A stretch of DNA of 58,895 nt, the filler included. It is 7 parts of 7 records of this genome, joined end to end, with 100 filler letters (N's around TTAATTAATTAA, not from the genome) between each part and the next. Parts side by side here need not be neighbours in the genome. Positions count along the whole stretch, not along the records: positions 22,133 to 35,382 come from DRR723986_6598; positions 35,483 to 40,610 come from DRR723986_6599; 5 more parts are not named here. One strand, given 5' to 3'. Position numbers and translations under genes: made by a program. The notes below the pieces were generated by a model. That model worked only from the letters and a program-made list of their open reading frames with translations. It ran no database searches and was not told where the DNA came from. Position 1 is the stretch's first letter, and every line of letters starts with the position of its first letter. Below are positions 28,996 to 38,489 of the stretch, piece after piece.

Positions 28996-29832
28996 TCAGT
29001 CAAGAACCCGGAACCGGACTTCATAGCCGGTAAATTTGCGGATATTGATTACACCGGTGTCGAGCATCAGATACTGGCCTTTGATACCTTCCAGCAAGCC
29101 CTCCACTTCCGGCGTTTTGTCCAGATTATGGGTTTTCACCTTGGCCGGCCATACCTGAACCGGATAACCCAGCCCAAGTGTGGCTTCGTCCACAATTCGT
29201 ATGCTGTCTTCACCATGCTGCGCCCGCAATTGCGCCAGGTCGTCTGCGATCAAGTCCAACAGCCGCTCACGCTCTTGCACCAGATCCAGCTCCGGCACAT
29301 CACCCTTTAGCATGGCTCGCCAGTTGGTGCGGTCAGCCACGTGGTTCTTGCACGCTACTTCTACCAGACCAGACAGGTAACGGCTGGCGACCCGCAGCAT
29401 CGGTATCGCCGTTACCGCCCCTTGATCAATCCAGCGGGTCGGTACCTGGGTGGCCCGGGTTATACCCACTTTCAAGCCGCTGGAATTGGCCAGATACACG
29501 ACATGTTCAACCATGCAGTTGGCCTCGCCCCACTCCGGCTCCCGGCAGGTACCCAGGTGATAGTGGCATTTTTCCGGGCTCATGATGCAGCTGTCGCAGG
29601 CGGCCAGCTTTCGGAAACACGGATAGCAGTAGCCCTGATTGAAACTCTTTTTGGTGGTGCGATCGCAATGAATACAGCGAATCACGCCATCAAAATTCAG
29701 CCGCACCTTATGACCAATAAGGTCATTCAGGGTAATGCGTTTGTCGCCGATAGCCAGGTTATAGGCCACCGGGTCGCCGGCCTCGGCCGGCATCTTACGA
29801 AGCCGACCGGTTACATCAATGGATTCGCTCAA
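28996..29832 (-). CDS. DUF2797 family Cys-rich protein
   Basis: CIHC, QGYCYPC, KVGITR, RWIDQGA, GIKGQYL. Confidence 0.85.
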   Translation of the reverse strand: MSESIDVTGRLRKMPAEAGDPVAYNLAIGDKRITLNDLIGHKVRLNFDGVIRCIHCDRTTKKSFNQGYCYPCFRKLAACDSCIMSPEKCHYHLGTCREPEWGEANCMVEHVVYLANSSGLKVGITRATQVPTRWIDQGAVTAIPMLRVASRYLSGLVEVACKNHVADRTNWRAMLKGDVPELDLVQERERLLDLIADDLAQLRAQHGEDSIRIVDEATLGLGYPVQVWPAKVKTHNLDKTPEVEGLLEGIKGQYLMLDTGVINIRKFTGYEVRFRVLD

Positions 29833-30128
29833 ACCTTGACCTCAACAAACTGATCGGGGTCCACATCGTTGTTGCCCTGGCGATCTTTGCGGAACTGCAC
29901 AGACGGATCGCAAGCGGTACCGGCTTTCTCGCCACGGTCCAGGTATCCCACTCGCTGTTCTTCCGGGATGTTGTGCTTTTCTTCATAATAAATCACCGCT
30001 TCCAGGCTGATAGCGCGCTGCTCACGGGTCAGCGCGCGACCATCTGGCCATTTACCAAGCTCAATGGCCCGTTTCAGGTTGCGGTAAACCGTCGGGTCCA
30101 GCCGCTCAATCAGTTCTTCGTATGTCAT
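29829..30128 (-). CDS. yeaC: YeaC family protein
   Basis: AIELGKWPDGRALT motif; AGGAGG RBS. Confidence 0.85.
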   Translation of the reverse strand: MTYEELIERLDPTVYRNLKRAIELGKWPDGRALTREQRAISLEAVIYYEEKHNIPEEQRVGYLDRGEKAGTACDPSVQFRKDRQGNNDVDPDQFVEVKV

Positions 30129-30174
30129 TCCCGCCTCCTGAACGTTTCTTCATATAAAAAAATGCCAAGACCGT

Positions 30175-30205
30175 TTGACAATTAAAAATGATAACGATTA
30201 TCATT
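30175..30205 (+). promoter_or_regulatory. Sigma70 promoter overlapped by a Fur box
   Basis: TTGACA (30175-30180), 18 bp, TATCAT (30199-30204); perfect inverted repeat AATGATAA-cga-TTATCATT (30187-30205), one mismatch to the Fur 7-1-7 TGATAATnATTATCA. Confidence 0.85.
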
Positions 30206-30210
30206 AATTC

Positions 30211-30299
30211 ACCAAATGACAACGGTCGTATCATTTGGTCTCTCTCATCAGGAGCTAAAAGCTCTTTTAACAGCCTCACCTTTTGGTGGGGCTTTTTTT
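30211..30299 (+). ncRNA. Fur-regulated iron-sparing sRNA, PrrF-like (~90 nt)
   Basis: Fur-boxed promoter; 5' stem ACCAAATGA/TCATTTGGT; unpaired CTCTCTCATCAGG resembling the Pseudomonas PrrF core; small GAGCT/AGCTC hairpin; intrinsic terminator. Confidence 0.75.
30272..30299 (+). terminator. Rho-independent terminator of the sRNA
   Basis: AGCCTCACC-TTTT-GGTGGGGCT followed by a T run on +, i.e. not oriented for the minus-strand rhomboid gene. Confidence 0.85.
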
Positions 30300-30302
30300 G
30301 TT

Positions 30303-30977
30303 TCAGCCTCGGTATCGACGAGGAGGCATGATCGCCGCCATCGCCAACCCGGCCAGAAAGCCGCCCAGGTGTGCCTCATTGGCCATGCGACCCACGCCAA
30401 TCATCTCCGGCACTGGCGTAAAGCCAATGATCATCCACACCAGCGCAAAGGTCACGAGTGCCGGCGGGAATTGGAAACGCGGCAGTCTTCGCTGGCTCAA
30501 CCAGCAATAACCGAGGATGCCGTACACCACCCCCGAGAGCCCGCCGAACAGCGGGCCGGACACCAGATACTGTAGAAGATTGGACGCCAGACTGGTGGCC
30601 AGAAACAGTCCTACCAGCCGTGCCCGGCCGTCCATCCATTCGATCTGACTGCCCAGGAACCAGAGCATCACCGAGTTGAAGATGATATGGGTCCAGCTGA
30701 AATGCAGGAAATCCGGCGTCAGCAGCCTCCAGACCTGGCCTCCCGAAAGGGTCATAGAGAGCGCTTCCAGGCGCCCGGCCAGTGTGCTGAAGGTATCCCA
30801 GCTGAACGGCCGGGGGTCGACAATCATCATAGCGGCGGCAAAATTGCTCTGCCCCATGCCGGTCAGCCATACCATCACCACGGCAACCACGATGACGCCA
30901 ATGACAAAAGGAGCATGGCGGGGCGCAGGCTGCCAGCGGCCGCCAGGAGTGATCGGGGAAGACGACGGACTATCCAA
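30303..30977 (-). CDS. Rhomboid intramembrane serine protease (GlpG-like)
   Basis: WRLLTP.FLHF...HIIFN, FGGLSGVVYG, ANEAHLGG; TTG start after GAGG inferred. Confidence 0.88.
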   Translation of the reverse strand: MDSPSSSPITPGGRWQPAPRHAPFVIGVIVVAVVMVWLTGMGQSNFAAAMMIVDPRPFSWDTFSTLAGRLEALSMTLSGGQVWRLLTPDFLHFSWTHIIFNSVMLWFLGSQIEWMDGRARLVGLFLATSLASNLLQYLVSGPLFGGLSGVVYGILGYCWLSQRRLPRFQFPPALVTFALVWMIIGFTPVPEMIGVGRMANEAHLGGFLAGLAMAAIMPPRRYRG

Positions 30978-30993
30978 AACTACCTCTCTGGTG

Positions 30994-32007
30994 TTAGCGG
31001 GCGACACTATCTTCGCTGGTCGGGTAATCGGGCTGCTCCGGCCGGTCAACATCAACCCAGACAAATTTGTCCGAAGAGAGCACTTTTTCCCCATCAAACC
31101 GATAGGCCACCAATTTGCCATACTTCACGGCGCTGAAATCAATACACGCCACATTGTGCTTGAGCGGAGCGGGGGCACCCTCCATCCAGTAATGCCCGAC
31201 AAACACCGGCGGCGCGTCCAGTGGATAGGTAATCAGCTGCTTGCGCTCCTCCTCGCGCAAAGTCCTGCTGGCCACCTCCGGCGGCAGCGGATCCGGCTGA
31301 AACACCACATCTGCATAGGTTTGCGGGTCGTCTGCCCAGAACTTGGTACGGAAGAACTGCCGGACGTAGCCATCCCGGCCCGTAATGGACATCCCTTCCG
31401 GCAGGCGCAGGTCGGTTCCGCGCAACAGGGTATCCATCACCTGCCCGGCGAAGGATTCGATGGCCGCCGAGGCGTGCAGGAAATCTTCGTCGATACAGGC
31501 GCCGCCCTGGCTCTGGCGGAACTGATCAATCAGGGTCTGATCCCAGCAGGCATGCACCACGCGAAAGCCTACCTCATCAATGAACAGCGGAATGCTGTAA
31601 AACCACTCCAGAAATTCGTTCCATTCATGTGGATACGCATCAAACTGCTCAAGGGTTTCCTTGATCAGCCGATCGTGGCGGGCATTGTGTTCCCTCAGAA
31701 ACTTCTTGCCGCTGCCTGGCCGTGCCCGGGTGCAGTAACCCAGTGCGTTGTACTCGTGGTTGCCCATGACAATTCGGGCAAAGCCGTGCTCCACCATGTC
31801 ACGCACCAGATGCAACGCTTCCCGTATTCTCGGCCCACGATCAATAATATCGCCGATAAAAATGGCCTGTCGGCTGGGGTGCTGGTATATGCCGTTCCGC
31901 TTCCGATACCCCATCTGCTCCAGCAATCGCTCCAGGGTATGGGCGCAGCCGTGGATGTCACCAATAACGTCGTAGCCGCGATGTGCCGTTGTCTTGATTG
32001 CCGCCAT
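30994..32007 (-). CDS. Calcineurin-like metallophosphoesterase (ApaH/PrpE-like)
   Basis: GDIHG, GDIIDRG, MGNHE, VGHYW. Confidence 0.9.
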   Translation of the reverse strand: MAAIKTTAHRGYDVIGDIHGCAHTLERLLEQMGYRKRNGIYQHPSRQAIFIGDIIDRGPRIREALHLVRDMVEHGFARIVMGNHEYNALGYCTRARPGSGKKFLREHNARHDRLIKETLEQFDAYPHEWNEFLEWFYSIPLFIDEVGFRVVHACWDQTLIDQFRQSQGGACIDEDFLHASAAIESFAGQVMDTLLRGTDLRLPEGMSITGRDGYVRQFFRTKFWADDPQTYADVVFQPDPLPPEVASRTLREEERKQLITYPLDAPPVFVGHYWMEGAPAPLKHNVACIDFSAVKYGKLVAYRFDGEKVLSSDKFVWVDVDRPEQPDYPTSEDSVAR

Positions 32008-32009
32008 GA

Positions 32010-32894
32010 TCAACTCGCTGCTATTTCGCTTGCCCAGCCCAGCTTGTCCCGGCAGGTCGCGTAAAAATTGTGATCGGTGGGATGAATCAGACGGATCTTG
32101 AATGGTTTTTTGGTGATTCGGATGATGTCTCCCGGGGCACAGGCAATGTTCATCTGACCATCGAAGCTGACCTGTGGATAGGTTTCATTGGTTTCGCCGA
32201 TCACCAGCTTGATTTCGCTTTTGCCATCCACCACGATCGGTCGACTGCTCAGGGTGTGGGGGAACATGGGCACCAGCACCACCGCATCCAGCTTCGGGTG
32301 CATGATCGGGCCACCAGCCGACAGCGAATAGGCCGTGGAGCCGGTGGGCGTCGCCACAATCAAACCATCTGAACGCTGGCTGTAGACGAAATGACCGTCG
32401 ATAAACAGGTCAAAGCCAATCATCCGCGTAGATTTACCCGGGTGCAGAACCACGTCGTTCAATGCCGAGCCATACCCCAATGGCTGGCCATTACGCTCAA
32501 CATGGCCATCCAGCAAAAACCGGGATTCTTCGATGTAATCGCCCTCAAGAACCCGGGCCAGGCGCTCTTCAAGATCTGACGGCGAGATATCGGTCAGAAA
32601 TCCCAGTCGACCGCGGTTCACGCCAAGAATCGGAATCTTGGACTTGGCCAACTCCCTGGCGGCGCCCAGCAGGCTACCATCACCCCCGACCACGATCACC
32701 AGATCACAGATCTCACCCAGGAGCTTCTTGCTGGCCACCTGCAGACCATGACCAGGAATCATGGTGGAAGTGTCTTCCTCGATGATCACATGGTAATTGT
32801 TGGCGGTAAGGTACTGCTTGAGCTGCCGTAAAGACTCCACCACCTTGACGCTGCCCATGCGCCCGACGATGCCGATATTCCTGAACTGGTCCAT
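32010..32894 (-). CDS. nadK: NAD(+) kinase
   Basis: GGDGSLL, GRLGFLTD, ALNDVV, DGLIVATPTGSTAYSLSAGG. Confidence 0.96.
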   Translation of the reverse strand: MDQFRNIGIVGRMGSVKVVESLRQLKQYLTANNYHVIIEEDTSTMIPGHGLQVASKKLLGEICDLVIVVGGDGSLLGAARELAKSKIPILGVNRGRLGFLTDISPSDLEERLARVLEGDYIEESRFLLDGHVERNGQPLGYGSALNDVVLHPGKSTRMIGFDLFIDGHFVYSQRSDGLIVATPTGSTAYSLSAGGPIMHPKLDAVVLVPMFPHTLSSRPIVVDGKSEIKLVIGETNETYPQVSFDGQMNIACAPGDIIRITKKPFKIRLIHPTDHNFYATCRDKLGWASEIAAS

Positions 32895-32970
32895 GAAGTG
32901 TCCCGTGGTCTCTGAATGAAACAGGAAACAGTTTAACGAAACTCGGGCAGATTCTGAAAAAAGATACCGA

Positions 32971-34206
32971 TCAGGCCTTGTGCTGGTCGCAGCGGTCGTC
33001 CTGTCCGGGCTCAAATTCGGCAGGCTGGGTCACGCGCATGATGGGCTCGCCACAGGCTTTGCCTTCGTCATCAACATGTTTGCATACGGGGTGTTCGTAA
33101 TGGGCAAGCCATTCCCGATAGGCAGGCTCATTCATACCACAGCGCTCTGCGGCATAGGCCAGCGGGTTTCCGAAGTAAGTGTCGATGTCTTCGTAGGGCA
33201 AAGTAATATGCCCGACACCAGGGTGATAGGCCACCAGGAATACCGCCTGGGTGCGCAGCTGCTCCAGCAGGGAATCTTCCGGAGGCTGGCGATGGCGGAG
33301 TTCATGGTTCTCCTGCTCCAGAGCCACGATTTTGTCGTCCCGCAATTCCAGCTCCCGCTGTTTGCGCTCCAACTGTTCCCGCAACAACACCGTCTCGGCA
33401 TTGGCGTTGGCATCTTCCCTGCCTTGCCCGGCACTGCCCTCCGCCATTTTCTCCTGCATGCTCAGGTATTGCTCATTGCGCTGGGACAGGCGTTTTTTCA
33501 ATTGCTCGTTGGTCAGTTTCAGGCGTTCGTGTCGCTGCTCCAGGTCCACCAGCTCACTGCGCAGTCCCTGCATTTCATTGCGATGCTCACGCTGAAGGTC
33601 AGCCAGTGAATCCCGATGGACGCTCTGGAGCGTCTTGATTCTGAGCCGTTGCTCGCGGAGGACCTGAGCCAGACGCGCGCGGTCACGGCTACCATCGTCA
33701 CTATTCGATTGCGGGGTCGGGGCCGTGAGTACCGGGATATTCTCTTCTTCGGGCTCGATCTTCTGAAAACGGAGAGTATTGGCGTCAACCGCCTTGCGAA
33801 TGGCCTGAAAATGGTTGTTGCCGGGGGTCATGTCCGGGTCCCAGAGTTCATTGGCAAACTCCGGATCCGGACACTGACTACGACACACCAGCCTGATAGG
33901 GCCGCCCCCCATGTTGGGGCCTTTGGCGCCCTGCTCTGCCAGAGCTTCAATGGGGACATTCCAGTGGCTGTCTGCGCGCCCCTCCTCATCAAACCAGATG
34001 CGGAAGAACACCAGAGAACGCACATTCAGATCGGAGCTGAGATTGACGAGAACCGCCCGGACATCAGTTTCGGCCAGGTCTGACAGACCGACATAGCCAT
34101 CCAGGAAAGCGCCAAATTCCGACAGCCTCATCTGCCGGGCAACCTGGCTACCGTCCATAAAAAATACCGCCGAATAACCTTCAGCGGCCTGGCTGGCATT
34201 TACCAT
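32971..34206 (-). CDS. Conserved hypothetical coiled-coil protein with C-terminal Cys/His motif
   Basis: Long ORF with host-like codon usage; central Q/E/L heptad region; C-terminal C...CGEP...CDQH. Confidence 0.75.
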   Translation of the reverse strand: MVNASQAAEGYSAVFFMDGSQVARQMRLSEFGAFLDGYVGLSDLAETDVRAVLVNLSSDLNVRSLVFFRIWFDEEGRADSHWNVPIEALAEQGAKGPNMGGGPIRLVCRSQCPDPEFANELWDPDMTPGNNHFQAIRKAVDANTLRFQKIEPEEENIPVLTAPTPQSNSDDGSRDRARLAQVLREQRLRIKTLQSVHRDSLADLQREHRNEMQGLRSELVDLEQRHERLKLTNEQLKKRLSQRNEQYLSMQEKMAEGSAGQGREDANANAETVLLREQLERKQRELELRDDKIVALEQENHELRHRQPPEDSLLEQLRTQAVFLVAYHPGVGHITLPYEDIDTYFGNPLAYAAERCGMNEPAYREWLAHYEHPVCKHVDDEGKACGEPIMRVTQPAEFEPGQDDRCDQHKA

Positions 34207-34339
34207 CAACCTTCTCCGTGCCCCGGGAATCTCAGTTCCGGACGCTCGCCAGCGCCCTTTGGTTCCAATTCAAACACTTTCCGACATAGTCTAGCCAGAC
34301 AAGTGCCGAAGCACAGAGAAAAACTGCAACGATTTGTGA

Positions 34340-35382
34340 TCAAATCTCCGCAGCGAGCCGGCTACCCTGGTTAATGGCCCGCTTGGCATCCAGCTCTGCC
34401 GCCACATCGGCGCCACCAATCAGGTGTACCGGAATGCCCGCTGCCTCAACACCGGCCTGCAGCTCGCGAAGCGGCTCCTGACCAGCACATACAATGATGG
34501 TATCCACCGGCAGGATCTTGTCCTCACCCTGCTCCGAGCCTTTCGGCGTAACCGTGATGTGCAGACCTTCATCGTCGATCTTGCGATAAGTCACCCCCGG
34601 CACCATCTGAACATGGCGATTCTTCAGCGAGGTTCTGTGAATCCAGCCCGTGGTCTTGCCCAGGTTCTTGCCCACTTTGGAGGCCTTACGCTGCAGCAGA
34701 TAGACCTCGCGAGCCGGCGCCGGCACTTCCGCTGTAACGCCCTGTATACCGCCACGATGCTCTACCGACAGGTCCACGCCCCACTCCTTCATGAAGTGTT
34801 CGGTATTCAGCGAGGGAGAATCGCCCTTGTGGACAATAAACTCGGACACATCAAAACCGATACCACCGGCACCGATCACCGCCACTCGCTGGCCCACCGG
34901 CTTGCGCTCCAACAGGGCGTCGAGGTAACCGATAACGTTCGGGCGATCAATGCCCTCGATATCCGGAGTACGGGGTTCCACACCAGTAGCCAGAACCACT
35001 TCATCGAAACCACCCGCTTTGAGTTCCTCGGCGGAAACCCGGGTATTCAGACGTACCTCGACCCCGGTCTTGTCGAGCATTTTCCGGAAATAACGCAGGG
35101 TTTCGTAGAATTCCTCCTTGCCCGGAATACGCTTGGCCACGTTGAACTGGCCACCGACTTCGCTGCCGGCATCAAACAGGGTCACCTTGTGACCACGCTC
35201 CGCGGCCACGGTGGCAAACGCCAGGCCCGCAGGGCCGGCACCGACTACCGCGATGGACTTGGGCTGCGCCGTTTTAACGTAAGCCAGCTCGGTTTCATGG
35301 CAGGCCCGCGGGTTGACCAGGCAGGAGGTCAGCTTGCCGCTGAAGGTATGGTCCAGGCAAGCCTGGTTACAGCCGATGCAGG
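34340..35382 (-). CDS. fadH: 2,4-dienoyl-CoA reductase (NADPH), 5'-truncated
   Basis: CIGCNQACLDH and SCLVNPRAC readable upstream of the ORF-track start; GGQFNVAKRIPGKEEF, LGKTTGWIHR, ELDAKRAI. Confidence 0.93.
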
Positions 35383-35482
35383 NNNNNNNNNNNNNNNNNN
35401 NNNNNNNNNNNNNNNNNNNNNNNNNNTTAATTAATTAANNNNNNNNNNNNNNNNNNNNNNNNNNNNNNNNNNNNNNNNNNNN
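35383..35482. other. Artificial contig spacer
   Basis: N44-TTAATTAATTAA-N44. Confidence 0.99.
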
Positions 35483-35987
35483 GCCGGCGGGCCACTTCGT
35501 GGGCAATATAAAGCTGGTGCGGCAGGTGCTGGGTGCGTGCCCCAATCAGCCCCTGGGCCGGCGACGCCCGCAGACGGTCCATGTGCTGCAGGGTGGCGAC
35601 TCGAAGCCGGAAGGCACCGTTGCGATCAAACTGGCCGGCAAAGAGGCGCTGATGAGGCGCGGAAAAATTCACAGAGCCCGCCAGCTTAACCTCGGAAATC
35701 GGCTGAAGATTCTCACCGTCATCGGCGTGATACACCAGAACGCCATCGAGATCTTCCACTGCGCGCACGGTATAGCGCTCACCGTCAAAGGTCTCTATTT
35801 CCTCGCCCTGTTGATACACGATCCGTGACAAGGGCGCATTATCGATGGCATAGGTGCGCTCTTCATCGGCAGCGGGGAACCCCAGGGTGACTCTGCGCCC
35901 CGAGATGTCCGTTACGATACCCAGACCCAGGGCAGTATCGCTGTGGCTGACCCAACGCTGGCCGATGACAAATTCCGATGTTTCCAA
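35483..35987 (-). CDS. rapA: RNA polymerase-associated protein RapA, N-terminal part
   Basis: FVIGQRWVS...LGLGIV, APLSRI, LPHQLYIAHEV. Confidence 0.9.
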
Positions 35988-36005
35988 GAAACCTCCGATG
36001 ACTGA

Positions 36006-36755
36006 TTACTGAGTGTTTGAACCGTTTTCCCGAACCCAATAGGCCGTTGCACCACACACCGCCGCTGGCACCACAAACAGGTTGAGCACCGGCACCATCG
36101 CCGCCAGGGCGACCGGCAGGCCGAACCCGAGAGCCGACAGCCGGGTATCTCCCAACAGCTTGCGCAGAGCCGGAAAACTGACCTTGTGGTTGTCGGCCGG
36201 ATAATCCACATATTGCAGCGCCATCATCCAGCTGTTGAACAGAAACCAGAGTACAGCGGCCACCAGGTTGACCACGGGAATCAGGCCAATAATGAATAAG
36301 CCCAAAGCCCTGGGCAGGTAATAGGCAATCTTCTGAACCTCCCGCCAGAGCGCGCGGGGAATGTCCTTGATAATGGCGGACCAGCTATCGTCAGTAGATA
36401 CCTCCTGGCCGGTCAGCTGTTTCTCGGTGAGTTCCGCCAGGTAACCATAGAAGGGAGAGCCGATCAGGTTGGCCACGATCACGAAGCCATAGGCCAGCAT
36501 CAGCAGAATCACCACGCCGTACAGCAGCCAGAAAAGCCAATCGAGTGCCTGCAACCAGGCCCAGTCCGGCAACCAGGCCATGGCCGCAGCGATCATGGCG
36601 GTGAACAGTTCGGCCAGAAAATAGAACAGCAGACCGAAAAGCAGGATGTTGATGATCAGCGGGATGACAACAAACAACCGGAGGCCCGGCTGGCGAATCA
36701 GCCCGAAGCCTTCCCCCAGATAGCCCAGTCCACGAAAAAAGTTACCCTTGAGCAT
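36006..36755 (-). CDS. cysZ: Sulfate transporter CysZ (EI24 domain)
   Basis: PGLRLFVVIPL, ANLIGSPFYGYLAE, WMMALQYVDYP. Confidence 0.9.
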   Translation of the reverse strand: MLKGNFFRGLGYLGEGFGLIRQPGLRLFVVIPLIINILLFGLLFYFLAELFTAMIAAAMAWLPDWAWLQALDWLFWLLYGVVILLMLAYGFVIVANLIGSPFYGYLAELTEKQLTGQEVSTDDSWSAIIKDIPRALWREVQKIAYYLPRALGLFIIGLIPVVNLVAAVLWFLFNSWMMALQYVDYPADNHKVSFPALRKLLGDTRLSALGFGLPVALAAMVPVLNLFVVPAAVCGATAYWVRENGSNTQ

Positions 36756-36850
36756 TACTGGTGTTCCTCCGCTGCCATGACAATAACGGGGCGCAAAGCA
36801 TATCATGTCGGAACCATTCCCACAGCCCGCGAGGACTCTCGGATTCCACT

Positions 36851-37255
36851 ATGCCCCGCATCCGTTCCATTATCGTCTCCATTCTGGCCATGCGACGGCT
36901 ATGGCAGGCAGCGCTGTTTGTTTCCATTGCAGCCATCCTTTACCTGGCAACCACCAGTAACAGTTACCCCATCCCTGCGGCGCCCAATGACAAGATCAAT
37001 CATCTGATTGCCTTTCTGGAGCTCACCCTGGTGACCCGCCTGGCATGGCCACGGCTTTCTGTGCTTTGGTATGCCCCCGCCTTGCTGGTTTTCGGCCTGA
37101 TACTGGAGGTGGTGCAAGCCAACCTGCCGTACCGGGATTTCTCCCTCGCAGATCTGACAGCGGATGCCGTTGGCATCGGGCTTGGCCTGCTGCCTTGGCC
37201 GGGACTTCGACTGGCTCAAGAAACGGATTTGCGAAAATCGCCCGAATCCTTGTGA
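36851..37255 (+). CDS. VanZ-family membrane protein
   Basis: DKINHLIAF, EVVQANLPYRDFSLADL.ADAVG. Confidence 0.85.
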   Translation: MPRIRSIIVSILAMRRLWQAALFVSIAAILYLATTSNSYPIPAAPNDKINHLIAFLELTLVTRLAWPRLSVLWYAPALLVFGLILEVVQANLPYRDFSLADLTADAVGIGLGLLPWPGLRLAQETDLRKSPESL

Positions 37256-37280
37256 GACATTTCCTACATACCTGTAGGAA
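37251..37280. promoter_or_regulatory. GacA/UvrY-type upstream activating sequence
   Basis: TGTGAG-ACATTT-CCTACA (37251-37268), 2 mismatches to TGTAAG-N6-CTTACA; overlapping inverted repeat TTCCTACA-tacc-TGTAGGAA. Confidence 0.7.
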
Positions 37281-37437
37281 CTCCCTGTGACATCTCGTAC
37301 GCAGTCTGTAATTCCAGTTACAAACCAAAGTCTACATGAATGATTTGTAACAACTTTCCCATGTTTGACGAGTTCGGCAACGCGTTCTGCGTGCATAGTT
37401 CACACGTTTGTAAAGCTGGCATTGGTAATATGAACAC

Positions 37438-37704
37438 CGTCAAGGATGACAGGGAAAGGACGACGCACTGGATGCACCCCGGCACGGACTGCGGGGAGAA
37501 GCAGGGACACAGGGACGCTTCGCTTAAGGGATAACGAATCGGATCGCCGGCTCGGATGCTGGCACCAGGGAATGGCAGCAAGGAATGGCAACACGGCAGT
37601 TGCCCATCGCGCACGGAGGCGCCAACCTGTTCCGAATCTGAACTGCCCCGGACGGCGGTTCAGTACCTGTTCAAGGGCAGCTTGATGGCTGCCCTTTGTT
37701 TTTT
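37438..37704 (+). ncRNA. CsrB/RsmY/RsmZ-like CsrA-sequestering sRNA (~265 nt)
   Basis: 15 GGA motifs in ~215 nt, several in hairpin loops (GTCA-AGGA-TGAC, GCGC-ACGGAG-GCGC, CTGAACTGCC-CCGGAC-GGCGGTTCAG); extended -10 TGgTAATAT at 37423-37431; upstream GacA box; terminator. Confidence 0.85.
37673..37704 (+). terminator. Rho-independent terminator of the Csr/Rsm sRNA
   Basis: AAGGGCAGC-TTGATG-GCTGCCCTT then TGTTTTTT. Confidence 0.85.
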
Positions 37705-37718
37705 CTGGTCAGAGAAAT

Positions 37719-38375
37719 TCAGTCACCGCCGGCCAGATAGATCCTCACCTTGTTGAATTCCTCAAACTCATTCAGATCCGGCCAGGTTCTGGCTTCGATC
37801 ACAGCCTGCTGCACATAACCGGAATGACCAAGATCCTTCACTCGCGAATCCGCCAGCAGCACTTGGGGCGCGGCTGCTTCGAAGGCCGCCAGTAACGGGC
37901 GATTTTCAGGGTCGTACAGAACATCCGCAGCGGTAATCAGGTCGACGCTCCCGGGCCGGTTTGCCCAGTCGTCACACAGATCAATCTCCACATTGTTCAG
38001 GCGGGCATTGGCAGCCGCGGCATCCAGCGCTGCCGCGTCGATGTCGCAGGCTATGGACCGGGCAGCACCGGCCAGTGCGGAGGCGACAGCCACGACCCCT
38101 GAACCGGAGCCAAAATCCAGCACGGTCTTGCCAGCCACCACGTCCGGATGCTGCAGAATCCACCGGGCCAGCACCTGCCCGCTGGCCCAGCAGAACGACC
38201 AGTACGCCGGCTCGGCCACCACAGCCTGGGCTTCATCATGGCTCAACGGTCCATCCAGCACCCCCGGGTCAAACAGATACAGCTGGATATCCGGGCAGCC
38301 CGCAGGCGCCGAAACCGCCACCCGACCTCGACTCAGTGTTTTCTGAAGATGCCGATTGAGAACATCCGGGCTCAT
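37719..38375 (-). CDS. Class I SAM-dependent methyltransferase (PrmA/ETFB-lysine MTase-like)
   Basis: YWSFCWASGQVLA, VLDFGSGSG, ADVLYD. Confidence 0.87.
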   Translation of the reverse strand: MSPDVLNRHLQKTLSRGRVAVSAPAGCPDIQLYLFDPGVLDGPLSHDEAQAVVAEPAYWSFCWASGQVLARWILQHPDVVAGKTVLDFGSGSGVVAVASALAGAARSIACDIDAAALDAAAANARLNNVEIDLCDDWANRPGSVDLITAADVLYDPENRPLLAAFEAAAPQVLLADSRVKDLGHSGYVQQAVIEARTWPDLNEFEEFNKVRIYLAGGD

Positions 38376-38489
38376 AATTTTCCCTCGCCAGTGCTGAAAG
38401 GACGTGGGATTGTACCCTTGTCCGGGATGCCGGGATATCGCCGGTTCGGTATACTGCCGCCTCACCCTGAATCACAGTGATCCGTTGAT

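Noticed and set aside
30216-30575. 119-aa plus-strand ORF downstream of the Fur box
   Set aside because: Runs through an intrinsic terminator and antisense into rhomboid; no RBS; the sRNA explains the region better
37318-37756. Several 60-100 aa ORFs in the vanZ-methyltransferase gap
   Set aside because: No coding features; the GGA-hairpin RNA explains the sequence
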